The translations under genes were made by a program, and so were the position numbers. A DNA stretch of 64,000 nucleotides from NCBI RefSeq assembly GCF_009914755.1, contig NC_060935.1. One strand, given 5' to 3'. Below, piece after piece: positions 42,241 to 56,844 of this stretch. Every line of letters starts with the position of its first letter. Position 1 is the stretch's first letter. The notes under the pieces were generated by a model, which worked only from the letters and a program-made list of their open reading frames with translations, ran no database searches and was not told where the DNA came from. This stretch comes from the human T2T-CHM13v2.0 reference genome, Homo sapiens.

Positions 42241-45200
42241 AAATATAAAAAGCTGCATGGATTTTTAAACTATAAAAAGGACATCAACTTAATTATGAGA
42301 TCTTTCTTCTACTCACTACTAAAAAAAACCCAAAAATTAAAATTAATTGTGAGATTACATCAGTGGCTTTAGTCTACACCACCTACCCTTTGTTGTGTGA
42401 ACAGTAGGGATCAGAGTGGAAATTCAGAGAAGAAATCTAGAGTTTAGGACAAAGTATCAGGGCTGGCTAGTTGAAATGGAGTGCGTGAAGCCAGTAGATT
42501 TTGACAAAAATTTACAGGTCACTGAATCTATCGAGAGACATACGAAACAGGAACAGAAAACTGTAGAATGTTTACTCCTCCCTGTTATATGAGTGAAGAA
42601 CACAAATGGAGTTTGACTAAAGGGAAGGGAGTCCAATTAACACTAAGTAGTACACGACTCATACATACTCAGTTCCCATACCCATGTCTAGCATGTCGTT
42701 CTAATGATATTATAATGAGAAAACCACATATAAAAAAGTAAGAAATAGACATAGAGCAACATGTGGTCTAGCTAGCTCCATCTCAGTGCAACAGGTCAGA
42801 GGGAGACATTGGGAAAAGCTTGTGCTTTAGATGAAGAGGTTGACTCATTGGGAAAGGGCTGGCATGAGGCTATACACTCCTGAGTCTCTGGGCACTGCTT
42901 ATTGCATCTCCCATTGAGTCTTGCTGAGTGAATGTATGCAATAAATTATGTAGTTGCATACCCACATTGTCTTACCTGTTTTGCAAGTTGGTTTCACTTG
43001 CTAAAAGGAACCTCAACTCAGATAGAAGCTCACACTGTTTTATTGCCTGGCATCGAAGCCATCTAGGCAGGCTGCGACTGAGACTTGTTTCTATCCTTAA
43101 TTTTGTTCATGAGGTTGGGCCCATACCTGGAGTTGGGAGCAAGAGCATTGATTAATTTTCTTCTCTTTGGAGGGTTAGTTCAGTTGAAAAGCTTGAGAAG
43201 TACAGGGGGTATGTTCCTTACTAAAATGGATGAATTAAATAATAAAGCTAGAAGTAATATTTTTCCTTTTGTCTATTTTCCAAATTGACTCGATATTGAT
43301 GGCTACTTTTGTAAGTTTTTATTTAAGTTTAAAGGGAATATTTATTGATCACCTCTATGTGCTCAGTACTGCACTAGGCAGAGATGGAGTAAGAAAGAAC
43401 TGGAGGCTACATTTCTTGTCTTAAAGGAGTTAACAATCTTGTTGAAGCAATGAGACAAAAAAAAAAAAAAGAAAGAAACTGGAGAAGAGGATAAATGTGT
43501 TTAAGGATAAATAAATTCTGAATGTCTTGGATTAGAGTCAGATGATAGGGGTATTAAGTGAGCTAAAGATTTTGATAAACTGCCCTATGCAAAGATTTCA
43601 TTGCAAGGATCCCTGAATCTAATTTAGCCTGAAAGCTGCTAGCAGGTGGTCATGTCCCAGTGCTGTGATCCCCCCCATAAAACGGCTACAGGGATAAAAG
43701 TCAGCTTGATCTTAGTAGATAGCTTCCATAAGCTTAAGTTTTAGCAGTATTTTTAGAAAACATGGCCTGTGGCTAACAAATGAAAATAAGGCAGAACTTG
43801 AAAAGGCCTTTGTGATTTTTTTTCCCTCATTTTCAGTGGTTGAGGCCCAACGTGAGCCTGGTGACTTCTGTGTGAACACAGAACTGACTTGAATTGATTC
43901 ATTTATTAAGCTTGCTTTCAGTCAAGTGCCTCATTTTCTTTTGAGGGTAGAATTAAAGGGAAGATTCTACATGTACTTGTTTATCCATTTCCTCCTTTAT
44001 TCAACAACTATTTGAGAATATTTATGAGATACCTAAAATGTATCAAGCATTGAAGAGGGTGCCTTTCTATCTGGCAACCAGAGATTAGTGGTTAGACTGA
44101 ATAATTAATGTTTCTCTTGGTTATTTTGGTGTGTTGAAGCCAAGGTTTATGAGAAAGCCCACCTCAGAGAATTTCTAACAAGTCCTCAGATTCAGGAACA
44201 CCTCACCAGGTCTAGCTTTCCAAGCAGTACAGAGCTCATTAAATGGAAAGAAAGGCTATCTAATAAGGCCCTGGAATCCGACATGAGAGCATGAGTCTGT
44301 TAATTGCACATTTGGGTCAATCCACTAAGCATATTTGCCAGATTTGATGTTCTTTATAAAAGTTAAGGTGAATTGGAGCATGAAGGGGGTCCATGTGAAC
44401 AAATGCTCTAATAATTTACAAAACTGTCTTAGGGTTTGTGACATCATGCTCCATTCTATTACAACTTGCTGCCTGGAAATTCCCAGTGTACTGTTACTTG
44501 CAGTTATATTTGAAGTTAGGGGAGATTGTTTCATCCCTGGCATCAAGAAGCCATAATCCAAAGCCTGGTTCCAGGTATGCACAACATACAAATATCAGAA
44601 GCATCTCATAGGTTGCGTCAGTTTCTGCTGATATTTCCAAGAGAAACAAGATAGATACTCCCCTAAATCTCCCAGGTTGGCTATATGCCCTTATTTTCAA
44701 GTGTAATAATTTTGGAAAATATTTTTGAAAACTGTAAAAAGCTAAATTAATATTAATTATTACAGTCCCCCATGACCTTGTGAGTTTATCAGAAGCAGGG
44801 ACAGAAACATGCTCATCTTCTTTTCTCCTTTTATATGGTCTGGCATATAAGTGTTGAGTAAATGCTTAAAAATAATAAATGAAGAGTTATATCTGTAACT
44901 TCCTTTAATTATTTCTTATGGCATTACCATTTAAGGATAATCTAAATGCGTGACCTGTACATATTTGGAGATGCATTTAGATGTGTTTACTGGAAGAATA
45001 GACCCTTGGGAAATTATATCGGTACTTTTTTCTTTTTTCATCCATTCAACACATTTTTATTGCATGTTTCTCTGTCCCCATCACACATAAATGTTCTGGC
45101 CAAGACAGATAAAGTTATTACTCATCTGTGGAGCTTATACATTTCTAGGGAGGGAGGCAGGTAGCAGAAGGCAGAGATTGAGAGAAGTGCCATGAACAGC

Positions 45201-45649
45201 CATCAAGTAAGATGAACAAGATAAGTTTATATGGTGGTAAACATGAAGAAGAAATGAGAGCAAGATGCTATGTGATGGTGACAGGTGTGGGGGAGTGATG
45301 AAGCAGTTTAGATTGGATGGTAAGGAATGGCCTCGCCAAGGAGGTGATACTTCTCTTTAAAGAAATCTGAGAAATCTTTTAGGACAGGCTTTGCAAGAAT
45401 GGTGTTTCCTAAAACTTTCTGTTTTTTTCCAATTGAATGTATAAAACTGCCAGTTAGTTCCACTAACTGCCCAAAGAAATGGGCAGGTTAAGGTTATCCT
45501 TTTTATCTGTGGGAAAAGATGCTCCCAGGTACTAGGAAGCAAACAAAACCTGTTTTGTTCAACTTGTGTTTCTATCCACTTTTATAAGTACACAAAAATT
45601 ATAGCAGGACACTTAAAATACTTGTGATAACAGCCTTTCTTGTGATAGC

Positions 45650-45725
45650 AGTCTGTCTGTCTGCCTGCCTGTCTTCCTCCCTCCCTCTCTCCATCCATCT
45701 ATCCATCCATCTCCATCCATCCATC
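45650..45725. repeat. Compound (TCTG)/(CCTG)/(TCCC)/(TCCA)n simple repeat
   Basis: Directly visible. Confidence 0.85.
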
Positions 45726-46933
45726 TCCTTCTTCCTCTTTGCCAGGAGCAATTCTGGGAGAAACTAACCTAACAAATAAATTTCCATTTTAATTTAAGTA
45801 TGCACACACACACAGAATAAAAGCTGTAATGCACAAATGGACTTAACCTTTCTATAAAGGCAAAACCAGTTTAAAGCTCTCTGAGGTTTTAGAGCTCAAT
45901 ACAAGGTATAGTCACAGAATAAAGCACTTTGGCATGAATAGAAGGTTGCTTCAGCTACACTGCAGTCTGCTTTTAAGACACAAGGAATGGAATGCAGGGT
46001 GGAAGTTTCAGGGCCTGTTATCAGACCGCTTGAGACAGTGCTGCTCAGAGGGCTACCAGTAACATCTGTGGATGATCAGTCAGGCCCAAGATTCAGGCAG
46101 AAATCTTTATTCCTAAAGCAAGGGATGAAAGAGTAGAGGATAAAACGAGAACAAGAGAAAAAAAAACCAGAAATGCCCATGATGAGATATGCCAAAACAG
46201 TAACCTTGAAAAATATTCTGGGCACCTAGGCCAAAGGTGGTCAACCTCAGAAGCAACATGCTGAGAAGCAGTCTATACAGAGTAAGCACTTAAAAGATCA
46301 GCTAAATTAATAAATACATTATTACATTAATGAAAGACTAGAGATTCATTTGGTTTTTAATATTTCAACTGAGTAAATTCTTTGTTGTGATTATGTTATT
46401 TTAACCTTCAGATTGTCATGCTGTTCATGTTGATAAACATTTGATTGTGTGTCTGCCATGTTTTCTCATCATTTCTGTGGACTTCCCAGATTATAAATGA
46501 TTTTCTCATGATAGTTCATACTTTACTTTTAAATTTTTTTACAATGTTCCTGCATTACTTTTGTAATCACAAATTTTAAAAATCCTCCCTAATGTGTTTG
46601 CATTAGAGAAGGAGCCGTGTCTATCTTATTTAAAATTGTACCCCCAGGCTTCCACAGTGCCTGATATAGAATGTATATTTATTAATGAATGAATTCACTG
46701 TGGTGGGAAAATTTCCGGAAACTTCATAAGTTCCAGAAATTTATGAAATCAGGTAAAAACGGAAAATCCATCAGGAAAGGCAGAGAAATTCCTAGCCAAC
46801 TTAGGAGTTTCGGAAAAAGAAAGTTATTTGGAATAAGTTATAGTAAAACTCCATTCTAACTGACTAATAAAAATGAGGGTAGATTTTCCTCATGTTTTTA
46901 AAGGGTTCTCATCCTTTTTTTCCTACCTCATAG

Positions 46934-47002
46934 CTCCACCTGAAGAAGATTGTACATCAGTCACAGACCTGCCCAATGCCTTTGATGGACCAATTACCAT
47001 AA
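46934..47002 (+). CDS. CD44: CD44 constant exon 4 (69 bp): (A)[22 protein letters not shown]
   Basis: Acceptor ttttcctacctcatag|CTCCA, donor CATAA|gtatgt. Too short to appear in the ORF track; read directly from the sequence. Confidence 0.98.
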   Translation, partial: LHLKKIVHQSQTCPMPLMDQLP

Positions 47003-47028
47003 GTATGTCTCTCTTCTAATCTTAATTA

Positions 47029-47435
<407 letters not shown>

Positions 47436-47977
47436 TTAATTCAGTGTCCCTTCCTTTTTTTCTGCAATGACTTGAAACTGCTCTCTGGTTTACACTCATG
47501 CATCGTTCCTCAAACTTCAGTCATTTGAAAACCACTTTCACATTTTTTTTGGCATCTCTATATGTACAATGCTCTCATTTACTTGATATTTTTATTTAAA
47601 TGATCCACTGTTTTCTAATTAAAATACACTTATTTTTAAAAAGAAATTGCACATGGAAAACCAACATCACATCGTAAATAGAAGGCAACCTTAATAATAA
47701 ACTTAAATGTAAGAAAAATTAAATAATGTTCTTAATTTGCAGCTGCTGAAAGCTCTGGGTCTGAGTCATGTTCTCTCTTATAAAGAGGGATTAATAAGTG
47801 TCAGGTGTAGGGGCATTTTGGCCCTAATTAGCAATTTTCTGTTTGATATAACTGAAGTATTGAAAGATAATCATGAAGGATATAAACTTCCTGATACGTG
47901 TTTTGACATTGTTTATACCACATCCATCTTAAATCATCCTGATATATGATTATCCACAGATGTATATATTCGGGCAC

Positions 47978-48119
<142 letters not shown>

Positions 48120-48757
48120 TAGAAATCAGAAAATCTCAACCAGAACTTTCAAATAGGCTAACTGCTAACCCTGATCTTACGGCCTCTGAGCTTCATTTAA
48201 TGGGAAACAGTACAGTGTTGAGAGGTCTGATTTCTGCTTCCTCACAGCTGGATACTGACAGTGTGCACAGGCATGATGTTGGCAGTGGCAGAGGGATGAG
48301 AATCTTCGTAGACCATACAAACCCAGCCCCACATTGTTATGTAAGGAATTGTCCCTGACCTGTGCCTTGCAATAGGAAGGGGAGGCTTCACACCATGATG
48401 GCTACGACATGAGATGTGCTGTCTCAGCAGGCCTGGTATGAAATCCTAGTTCCCTCACCATGTGTGAGATTTTAGAGGAGTGACTGATCCTCAGTTTTCT
48501 CATTCATATAATGGAACAACCTATGAGAATATTCAGGAAATTTGTAAAAGACACTATGTCTAATGTATGTCCAGCCCATAGTAGAGGTTTAATAAATGCC
48601 CTGTTTCTTTGATGCCCACAGTTCTCTTTTGAAGTCCAGACATGTAAGAGTGTGGTCAACAATATTTCCTTGTCAAATCCTCACCTGCAGAGATTACCAG
48701 GGTGACTGAGACCTTGATTTTTTTTTTCATTTATGTATTATTAATAGTTCCACTTGA

Positions 48758-49069
<312 letters not shown>

Positions 49070-49936
49070 CTAAATATGTGGCCAAAAAGAACCTTTAGTC
49101 CCATCAATGCAATACAGCAGAAAATAATTTCATCTAAATGCACACCTGCATAGTGAGTGGCCCAGACTTGAGAGCAGCAAATACTTCTAGGGAGGAATAA
49201 TGAATGAATGCATTCAGGCTTTTTCTTCTCCAATTCATTCTAGTCATTTGTTGAAACCACAGATGTTGATCTTCATGTATATCTGTGCTTGTTAATTTCC
49301 AGGTTGAATTTCACAGAGAACGGCAAATGCTCTTCTGTATTTAGACCTGCTGATTTCCTAGCCAGAAGTGGGTGTTTGCACAAGTGGACAAAACTTGCCC
49401 CTTAAAAAAGAAAATCAAAAGCTTCATCATTTTGCAGATGTATCTTCCCTGCTGAGGCTATTAGTCTGCTACTTCAAATCCTTTTCGGAGGAATATATGG
49501 AATTAATAGCAACACATTTTATATGTACTTCAGAAGGGAGAGTAGGGAAACAAGTGGGAGAATGATTATTTATTGAGCATCCACTGTATTTTGAATACTG
49601 TGCTGAGCACTTTACTTACAATGTATCACATAATCCCCATTTTACAAATGAGGAAACTGAAGCTCAGAGTTGCCTTGTCCAGAGCTCTATGAAGCTAGGA
49701 TTCAAACACAGGGATGGGACTCTCCAGTACTTCCTTGTTTCCTGCCTCATCCCCAGGGTGTGTGGGGGATGGGAGGGTGCACTTTCTTAGTGCATCTGCC
49801 ACTCTCTCCCACCACTGGATAGATAGGTGTTTCTCATTACAAAGGAAAATAGCTTTGAAGTCACTATGTTAAACGCTAATCCACATACTCAAAATATGAG
49901 CTGTGAAGTTCTGTAAGTACCTTTTCTCTCTCCCAG

Positions 49937-50167
49937 CTATTGTTAACCGTGATGGCACCCGCTATGTCCAGAAAGGAGAATACAGAACGAATCCTGAAGA
50001 CATCTACCCCAGCAACCCTACTGATGATGACGTGAGCAGCGGCTCCTCCAGTGAAAGGAGCAGCACTTCAGGAGGTTACATCTTTTACACCTTTTCTACT
50101 GTACACCCCATCCCAGACGAAGACAGTCCCTGGATCACCGACAGCACAGACAGAATCCCTGCTACCA
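49937..50167 (+). CDS. CD44: CD44 constant exon 5 (231 bp): (T)[76 protein letters not shown]
   Basis: Acceptor cttttctctctcccag|CTATT, donor TACCA|gtaagg; translation matches CD44. Confidence 0.99.
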
Positions 50168-50604
50168 GTAAGGAGAATAAATCACTGTGCTTCCCAATAG
50201 CAATTCCCTGGCAAAATGTCTCTGACCTTCCTGAGCATTGCACACTCACGTGCTGATTTTCTCGTCTCTAGACAGCTGGAAGCTGGTGATGCCATTCAGG
50301 GAGGTGGGCTCTTGTGGTTGTCAGTAAACTGCCTGCATTGACTACTACTGCCTACCTTTTTTCCTCATCTATAACTGTTTTTCTTACCTTAGCATAAGAA
50401 GTGCCATATTGGAAGTTTTATTTTGGGGAGAGCCCTCCTTATTCTCTTATCCCCAGGTATACAGTAACAATTCAAGCCTGATATGAAAACTGTTTTCATT
50501 TTTTCATGTTTCCTTCTTGTTCTTATCCACCTATGGATAAGATTGTTTTCATAAAGTTGGGATCATAGAGTTTGCATACCACTCCACTAGCACCTTTTAA
50601 AAAA

Positions 50605-50734
50605 CCCACTTATGCCTGAGGTTGCAATTTTTTGAATTTTTGCAATCAGACCTTGGTGATGACAATGAGCAGTAGGATATAAATAACTCCCACATGCTTA
50701 GCTTTCCAATAATGGAACAGTAGGCATACGTGGG
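50605..50734 (-). mobile_element. MER85, a piggyBac (PGBD3-derived) MITE
   Basis: TIRs cccacttatgcct / aggcatacgtggg. Internal palindrome tttccaataatggaac (50703-50718), which reads GTTCCATTATTGGAAA on the minus strand. TTAA target duplication is degraded. Confidence 0.88.
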
Positions 50735-53250
50735 TCAACTGTGGCTTTTTATGTTTTAACTTGATTTACATTCATACTATTGATAGTGTAATATTCAGTG
50801 ATTTTCACCAACGATAATTTACTCAACAATTCCTTTGTTTTTGGTCCAAGGAAGCATATCTGGAAGAGTTTTCTGGTGAAATTAAATCAGCTTAAGAGCT
50901 CTATAATCCAGCCTGTTGGGGAATGTTCTCAATACTTACTTGGTGTGTGGGGGTAATTCATTACTTAGGGTTGCAAGAGTGGAAGTATGTAAACATTGCG
51001 TTCCATTCCTTTGGAGTTTGCCCCTCGCGCTTCAGCTCCACTGGAAAGTGTTTACATCTCTCTTGTCTCCTGTTTCCCTCTTTGCTTTTCTTCTATGGTT
51101 TGTTTTGAAATGGGCTCCCAGATGGGCCATGTTCCTCCTGTGGAGGATTAATCAAACTCAAATAGGGCATCTGCCTCTGGAGCGGTTTTCCTAGTATGGT
51201 GTGGATGTTCTCTTTTCCTGGCTATAGCTCCTGAGGGGTGAAACTTGGGCCTCCAAAGAGTGTGGCAGAAATGCGCTGGCTTGTGAATACTCAAGACAGG
51301 GCCCTTCTCTATTCCTTGTCACCCAGAAGCCAGGGAAACCCCCACAGTACTGTGATTTCATTTAAGGTCACTTGCGCAATAGTGTTTTAAATTTCTGTCA
51401 GTCTCTGGCTGAGGGCATGATACAAATAGGCTTGGGGTTCCCATCACTCCCTGCACATTCTTTGAAGCTTTTTAAAAAGCAGAGTTTTCAAGCTGCCCAT
51501 ACTTTCTTGGGTTATTGGCCCTCTTGAGTTTGCATCGGCTTATTGTTGGTAGTCCCGTGGGCAACCCTTCTTGAGAGAGGCTTCTGCAAACCAAGCGGGC
51601 CGTGCTGCTAGCTACTCACTGCTTCTTGGGTTCCCTGTCTTTTTAAAGTAACCATGTCGAAGGTGCTTATCATTATGGTATGCAATTTTGTCGGATGTTA
51701 GCGAACACAATAATTAGTGGTCTCAGCAGGAAGGAGAATAGGTCTACCCTAAAGTACCACTTCCCACCAAAGAAGAAAATCCTGATAAAACATAACTTGG
51801 GACTATATGTAGTTAACATTCAAACCACTAATAGCCTATATAAAATAGTATTTCATGTGTGTTTTAAAAACACACATTTCATTAACCCCTATAGAATATC
51901 TCTTAAGAACTGTATCTTCCCTTCCTAAGTTAGTCAGCAAACGTATTTTGAGAACCTACTACGTACCAGGCCTATTAGAATGCTTGGGATCGAAGGATAA
52001 ACATAGTTAGGAAGTAATATTGAAGAGAGGCAAGGATTACTGAGATATTTATTCATTCAATCAATATCTGAGGTCTTCTGTATGCCAGACACTGCTCTAG
52101 GATGCTAGGAATTCAGAGTTGGACTTACCTTCATGGAGACTACATATTATTGGTTTAGAAATCAGGGAAAAGGAGTGTTTATGAGATTTAACTAAAACAT
52201 AGTTCAGGATTTGAGCTGAGAAATGAATTGTGCCTTTCTCCTCCCAGATAAATTAGTTAAGTTTCCTTCAGCAGCTAAAAAAGAAAGAGACTAATGAGTC
52301 TACCAAATGAGTCCAGGGCTAACCTGAGAGTCACTGAAGTACTATAGGACCCAATGGGACCAGTAGCAGCTCCAAGTGGATCACTTCATGCAAAGAAACA
52401 TACCAAGGCAAACAACCTGGTGGAAACTTGAACGTAGCATAATGGCATGCCAGGAAAAGTCAGCACTGTTAGGTTCCTGAGTAGAATCGTATTTCTAAAG
52501 TCCAGTGAGGAGATTTGCAAAACCTTATCACTGTTGGACTGAGAGCTGGGACAGAGTGACAGGGAGTGATTGCAAAGCCTCCCTCATGCATTGCAGGAGG
52601 GCAGGGGTCAAGAGGAGTGCTGGCTGAGAGCACAGAAGAAGCGGTCTTTGGCTCGGCTGGCTCATTCCTTCCTGAAGGGCCTGTAGTGGGTGGCAATAGG
52701 GACAGCTAGTAAGAATAACCATCTGGGTAGCTTTAGGCTTCCAGCAGGCTGTTTATCTTGAGTGTCATCAGCCTCTTCCTATTGGTGACCTGGAACTCTC
52801 TGGGATCAAGAAACCTAAACTAATTCAGGAAGCAGACTCCTGCCTTGGAACACTGTATTTCCTTGTCTTCTGGGTGTCAAAGGAATTCTTTCTTTTTTTT
52901 TTTTTTTTTTCAGATCTGGTATGGCCTATTTGGGTGGGGAAAATTAGAAATTCTGCTGGCTAGGCAGTAGCTTTTTCCATTTTTCCCCCTCATACCACTC
53001 CTTTCAGGAAGACAAAAATAACGCCTATTTCTATCTTGTTCTTGTAGGTTTGTTTCCTCTGGTACTATTTTTTCCTGTTGTACTATTGGGTGAGGGTGGT
53101 GGGAATTATGCATCTTTAATAAAGTTTCTGAGGTGAGAATGTGGTGTCTGTGGATTTTCCCGGGGATGCTCAGGTTTGTCTGGAGGCTTCATGGGTAAAA
53201 TTGGCTCCTATTTCTCTACTCTCTGTTCTGAACTAATGTGTCCTTTGCAG

Positions 53251-53466
53251 CAGGGGTGTCCAGTCTTTTGGCTTCCCTGGGCCACATTGGAAGAAGAATT
53301 GTCCTGGGCCACACATAAAATACACTAACACTAGCCATAGCTGATGGGATAACAACAACAAAAAAAGCTTATAATGTTTTAAGAAAGTTTATGAATTTTT
53401 GTTGGGCCACATTCAAAGCCATCCTGCATCACAGGTGGCCCACAGGCTACGGGTTGGACAAGCTTG
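53251..53466 (+). mobile_element. MER30 hAT-Charlie MITE (second copy)
   Basis: caggggtgtccagtcttttggcttccctgggccacattggaagaag ... gggttggacaagcttg. Confidence 0.9.
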
Positions 53467-54521
53467 ATTTAGAGGACAGAACATACTGTGCCAGCTGTTG
53501 GCATTTTATATAGATAGAGTCAAAGTTTTTAACCTAGGGTTCATGGACCTTCAGTAGGTTCAATGGTAGACCATAAGGCATTCTAGAACTATCTGAAATA
53601 ATATGCAAAATTTTGAGTGTGTATATGTAGCATCACTTTTTTGAGGAAGGAGGACATAACGTAGATTTTCAAAGGGATATATAATTTAAAGTGGCTTTTT
53701 AAAATCTCAGCTGGCTTAAATTAGATATTTATCCTGATGGTTTTTGCCATTCCATTTCAATAAGAAAACATGCTGGACTCAAGTCAAACTTGAGAGTCGA
53801 ATGAGAGATTTTAAATTGCAAAATGTTACTGATGATATTTTCTCTAATTTGAGAAAAGTCTGGAATTTCTCTAACTTTGGCAACTCTAGTTTTTGGTAGA
53901 AACACATATTGAATTAGAATAAAAAGTGACAGAAATGATAGATGGATACCTGAGGAAGTTTTATCTGATTTCGACACTTTGAACACATTTTCTTTGCAAA
54001 GTTCCTGCTCAAGTATGAAGTTTGACCTGAGGCTGATGCGTGTGGGCGGAGCTTTGAAATGCCAGTTGTCATCACAAACTACCTGGGTACAATGCTAGAC
54101 AGATGTGAAAAATACACACTAGCAACCCAAAGATAATCCAAAGATAAATGCATGAAAGCAGTCGTTTGAAATGCTGCTTCGAAAACCTCCAGCTCATGGC
54201 TCAGTCGCCCAATCAAGTAAATAGAAAATCTCTTTCCTTCACAGGTTATTAAATTGCTGCTTGATTTTGCTTTGATCAGGAATTCAGGGGATTCAGTTTG
54301 AAGAATGAGTAGCATGAAATTTATACCCATGAGGAATTTGCATTTCTGATGTTGTCCTAAGATTGTGGGAGACATTAGGAGTCTGGAAAGATAAAACCAG
54401 GCCTAGATTTTCTTTTCTAATTATCATTCAATAATAGATACAGACATCATATATAGGCAGAACTGAAAGTAAAGATTTGTAGAGGGAATATCACTAAGTG
54501 ATACTTTCATAATTGATCCAG

Positions 54522-54641
54522 TTACTTCAACTGTGCACTCAAACAGCCACGCAACAGCTCAGGAGCAAAATAACTAGATATGGTCCTGGTTTGGTAATTC
54601 ACAGCCTAAGACTCAGGATCTCACAACAACAGCAACGACAG
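54522..54641 (+). pseudogene. CD44: CD44 variant exon v1, inactivated in human by an in-frame TAG (54575-54577): (I)TSTVHSNSHATAQEQNN*IWSWFGNSQPKTQDLTTTATT
   Basis: 120-bp phase 1-1 unit between exon 5 and v2, bounded by gatccag| and |gtaaac. Thr/Trp-rich like v2 and v4. Human v1 is known to carry a stop codon. Confidence 0.9.
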
Positions 54642-56844
54642 GTAAACTGCTTTGTCTTTTGCTTATCAGCTCTCCTGGATGTCAGACCTTTTAGTGTTAG
54701 GGGAGAGGACGTCCATTATCACGTCAAATCTCCTTCATCATTCTTAGTGAGAATAGGGTCTTGTACCACTTCATATATCAGAAAGGCCTGTGGATCTGGG
54801 GATATGATTGATATTCTTAAATGTCCTGTATGTTTTCCTTTTGGCAATGTGTATATAGAATCAGAATGATTTTTCCATCAGAGGAAGGAAAAACTATGAA
54901 TCAATAGTTTTGAATGAATGAATGAAATTATGAAAAACTACAAATGAATGAATTGACTGTGTGATTCAATGAGAAAATGTCCTTTAGAAAGAAGTCTGCC
55001 GGAAAGTGCAGGCTTCTCCTTTCTGCTGATCTGATTCTCACAGCCAGTAATAAGAGAAGGAAATGCAGATTTCTCTCATCAAAGTGTAGGCCCTGAACCC
55101 TTCTTTGGACACTTAAAATCTCAACTGTAAAGTGTAGGAAATGACCTGTTGCTCCATATCAGAATCTAGGCCTCTAACCAGCTCCCTGGGTGTGTGGCTC
55201 TTAGCTCTATATCCCTGCAAAGTGTATTGTTACAGGAGCTTTGGGGAAAAACGATTCAAGGCCTGTAAATATGGGAGATTACAAGGACACCCTCATTTAT
55301 TAACTTTCATTGATGGAGTTAATGGCCATATTTCAAAATAACTAGGCATTCTTTCTGCAGAGGGGGGTAATAAACATGGAAAAATTATTCTTTACATTTG
55401 TTTGCCTTATATGACATTGGATAAATTATATTCTTTACTTCTATAAATAATCGTGAGGAAAATAGTGCTCATGTTATGTTATGGTTGTCATATCACAATG
55501 TCTAAGATCATGCAGGGGTGGGGAGGGGGGATACAGAGATTGCAGAATAAAGACAATGCTATTTTTAAATGTTGACAATGTTTATCTTCATAGGACAAAG
55601 AATGTGAAGGAAAAGGTCTTTTTGGCAGTGTTTCATCTTCTTGGTTCATTTTTGGGCTTTCTTGATAGCTGAAAAAAAAATCTAACTCACCTTACTATTT
55701 TGTTTGGGGATGATGGTTTCAGCCTCTCTGCTTGAACTTGTTCTCAGTTTTTTGTCTACTGTTAGCTCATATTCTTCCAATGCACATTTTTGGGCATTAT
55801 TGGTTATAGAAATGGCAGTCTTTGGAGATTTTTAAATCAAGACTCTTGCTTCTGGTCTTATTAGCAAGATCATTGGGGTCACTTCATCTCTGTCTGTCTT
55901 TCCTGATTGATTATCCTATTTTCAAAGAATGAGACTCAAAATGTCCTGTTCTGCTTTGCAAAATATAGTTTCACATAAGAAATTACCTTGGGCAAGGTTG
56001 TGAGAGGATTTGGAATCTAAATGGAGAAAAGTGTAGAGGCATATTTTTCAATCTTCTACTTCTATGTCATTTTCCCTGTGTGTTGGATTGCTAAGATTAT
56101 GTATCTATTGCTGGCAGAAATATCATATCCTAAATTCTTGGAGAATGATATTGGTTGCCCAAGATTGTATAGAAGATTAAGGAGCTAGGACTCTGAAGAG
56201 CTGGGTTTTAGAATCATAAACTCTCAGGTTTGGAAAGGATGTTAAATGGTCTGGTTCAATCAACACTTCTAATAATTTAATCTCTTACACAACTTTCCTG
56301 CCAAGTGATCTTCCTGACTATGGGAAACATAATACTTTATGAAGAAGTTCATTGTTGGATAGTTCAGATTATTGGTTTTTTAAATCCAACATTTGGAAGA
56401 ACATTCCTCTTCCTGAAATTTTCACCACAGATCCTAATTTGGCCTCATGGATCCAGAGGCAAAAAAGTTTAATCCCTCTTTTACATTATATAGACTTTCA
56501 AAATTCAAAGACGGCTGTCATGCGTTCCTGGAGCCCTCACTCTTGCTAATTAGGCTTCTGACTTCAGACAGGTCAGAAGCTCTGTCCAGCAAAATTTTTA
56601 AATCTTTAATATAAGGAGCATGAACCAGATGACATTAAGATCCTTCCCTCTCTGACATTCTATAAACTTCAGTTTGAGTCTCTGAAAAAAATGGAACTTT
56701 TTTGCTTTTTCCCTTTCTTTTCACCATCTATATCAAATATAGATGATTCTCTTGAGTAGTAAAAGAGTACAAGCATATTCAATGCTATTTCTTAGGAACC
56801 GTTAATTAATCTTTCAACAATCAATTCAATCATGATTACAACAG

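Noticed and set aside
54513-54869. 118-aa ORF overlapping v1
   Set aside because: It is in a different frame from the CD44 phase-1 reading of v1, which contains the TAG; no independent support.
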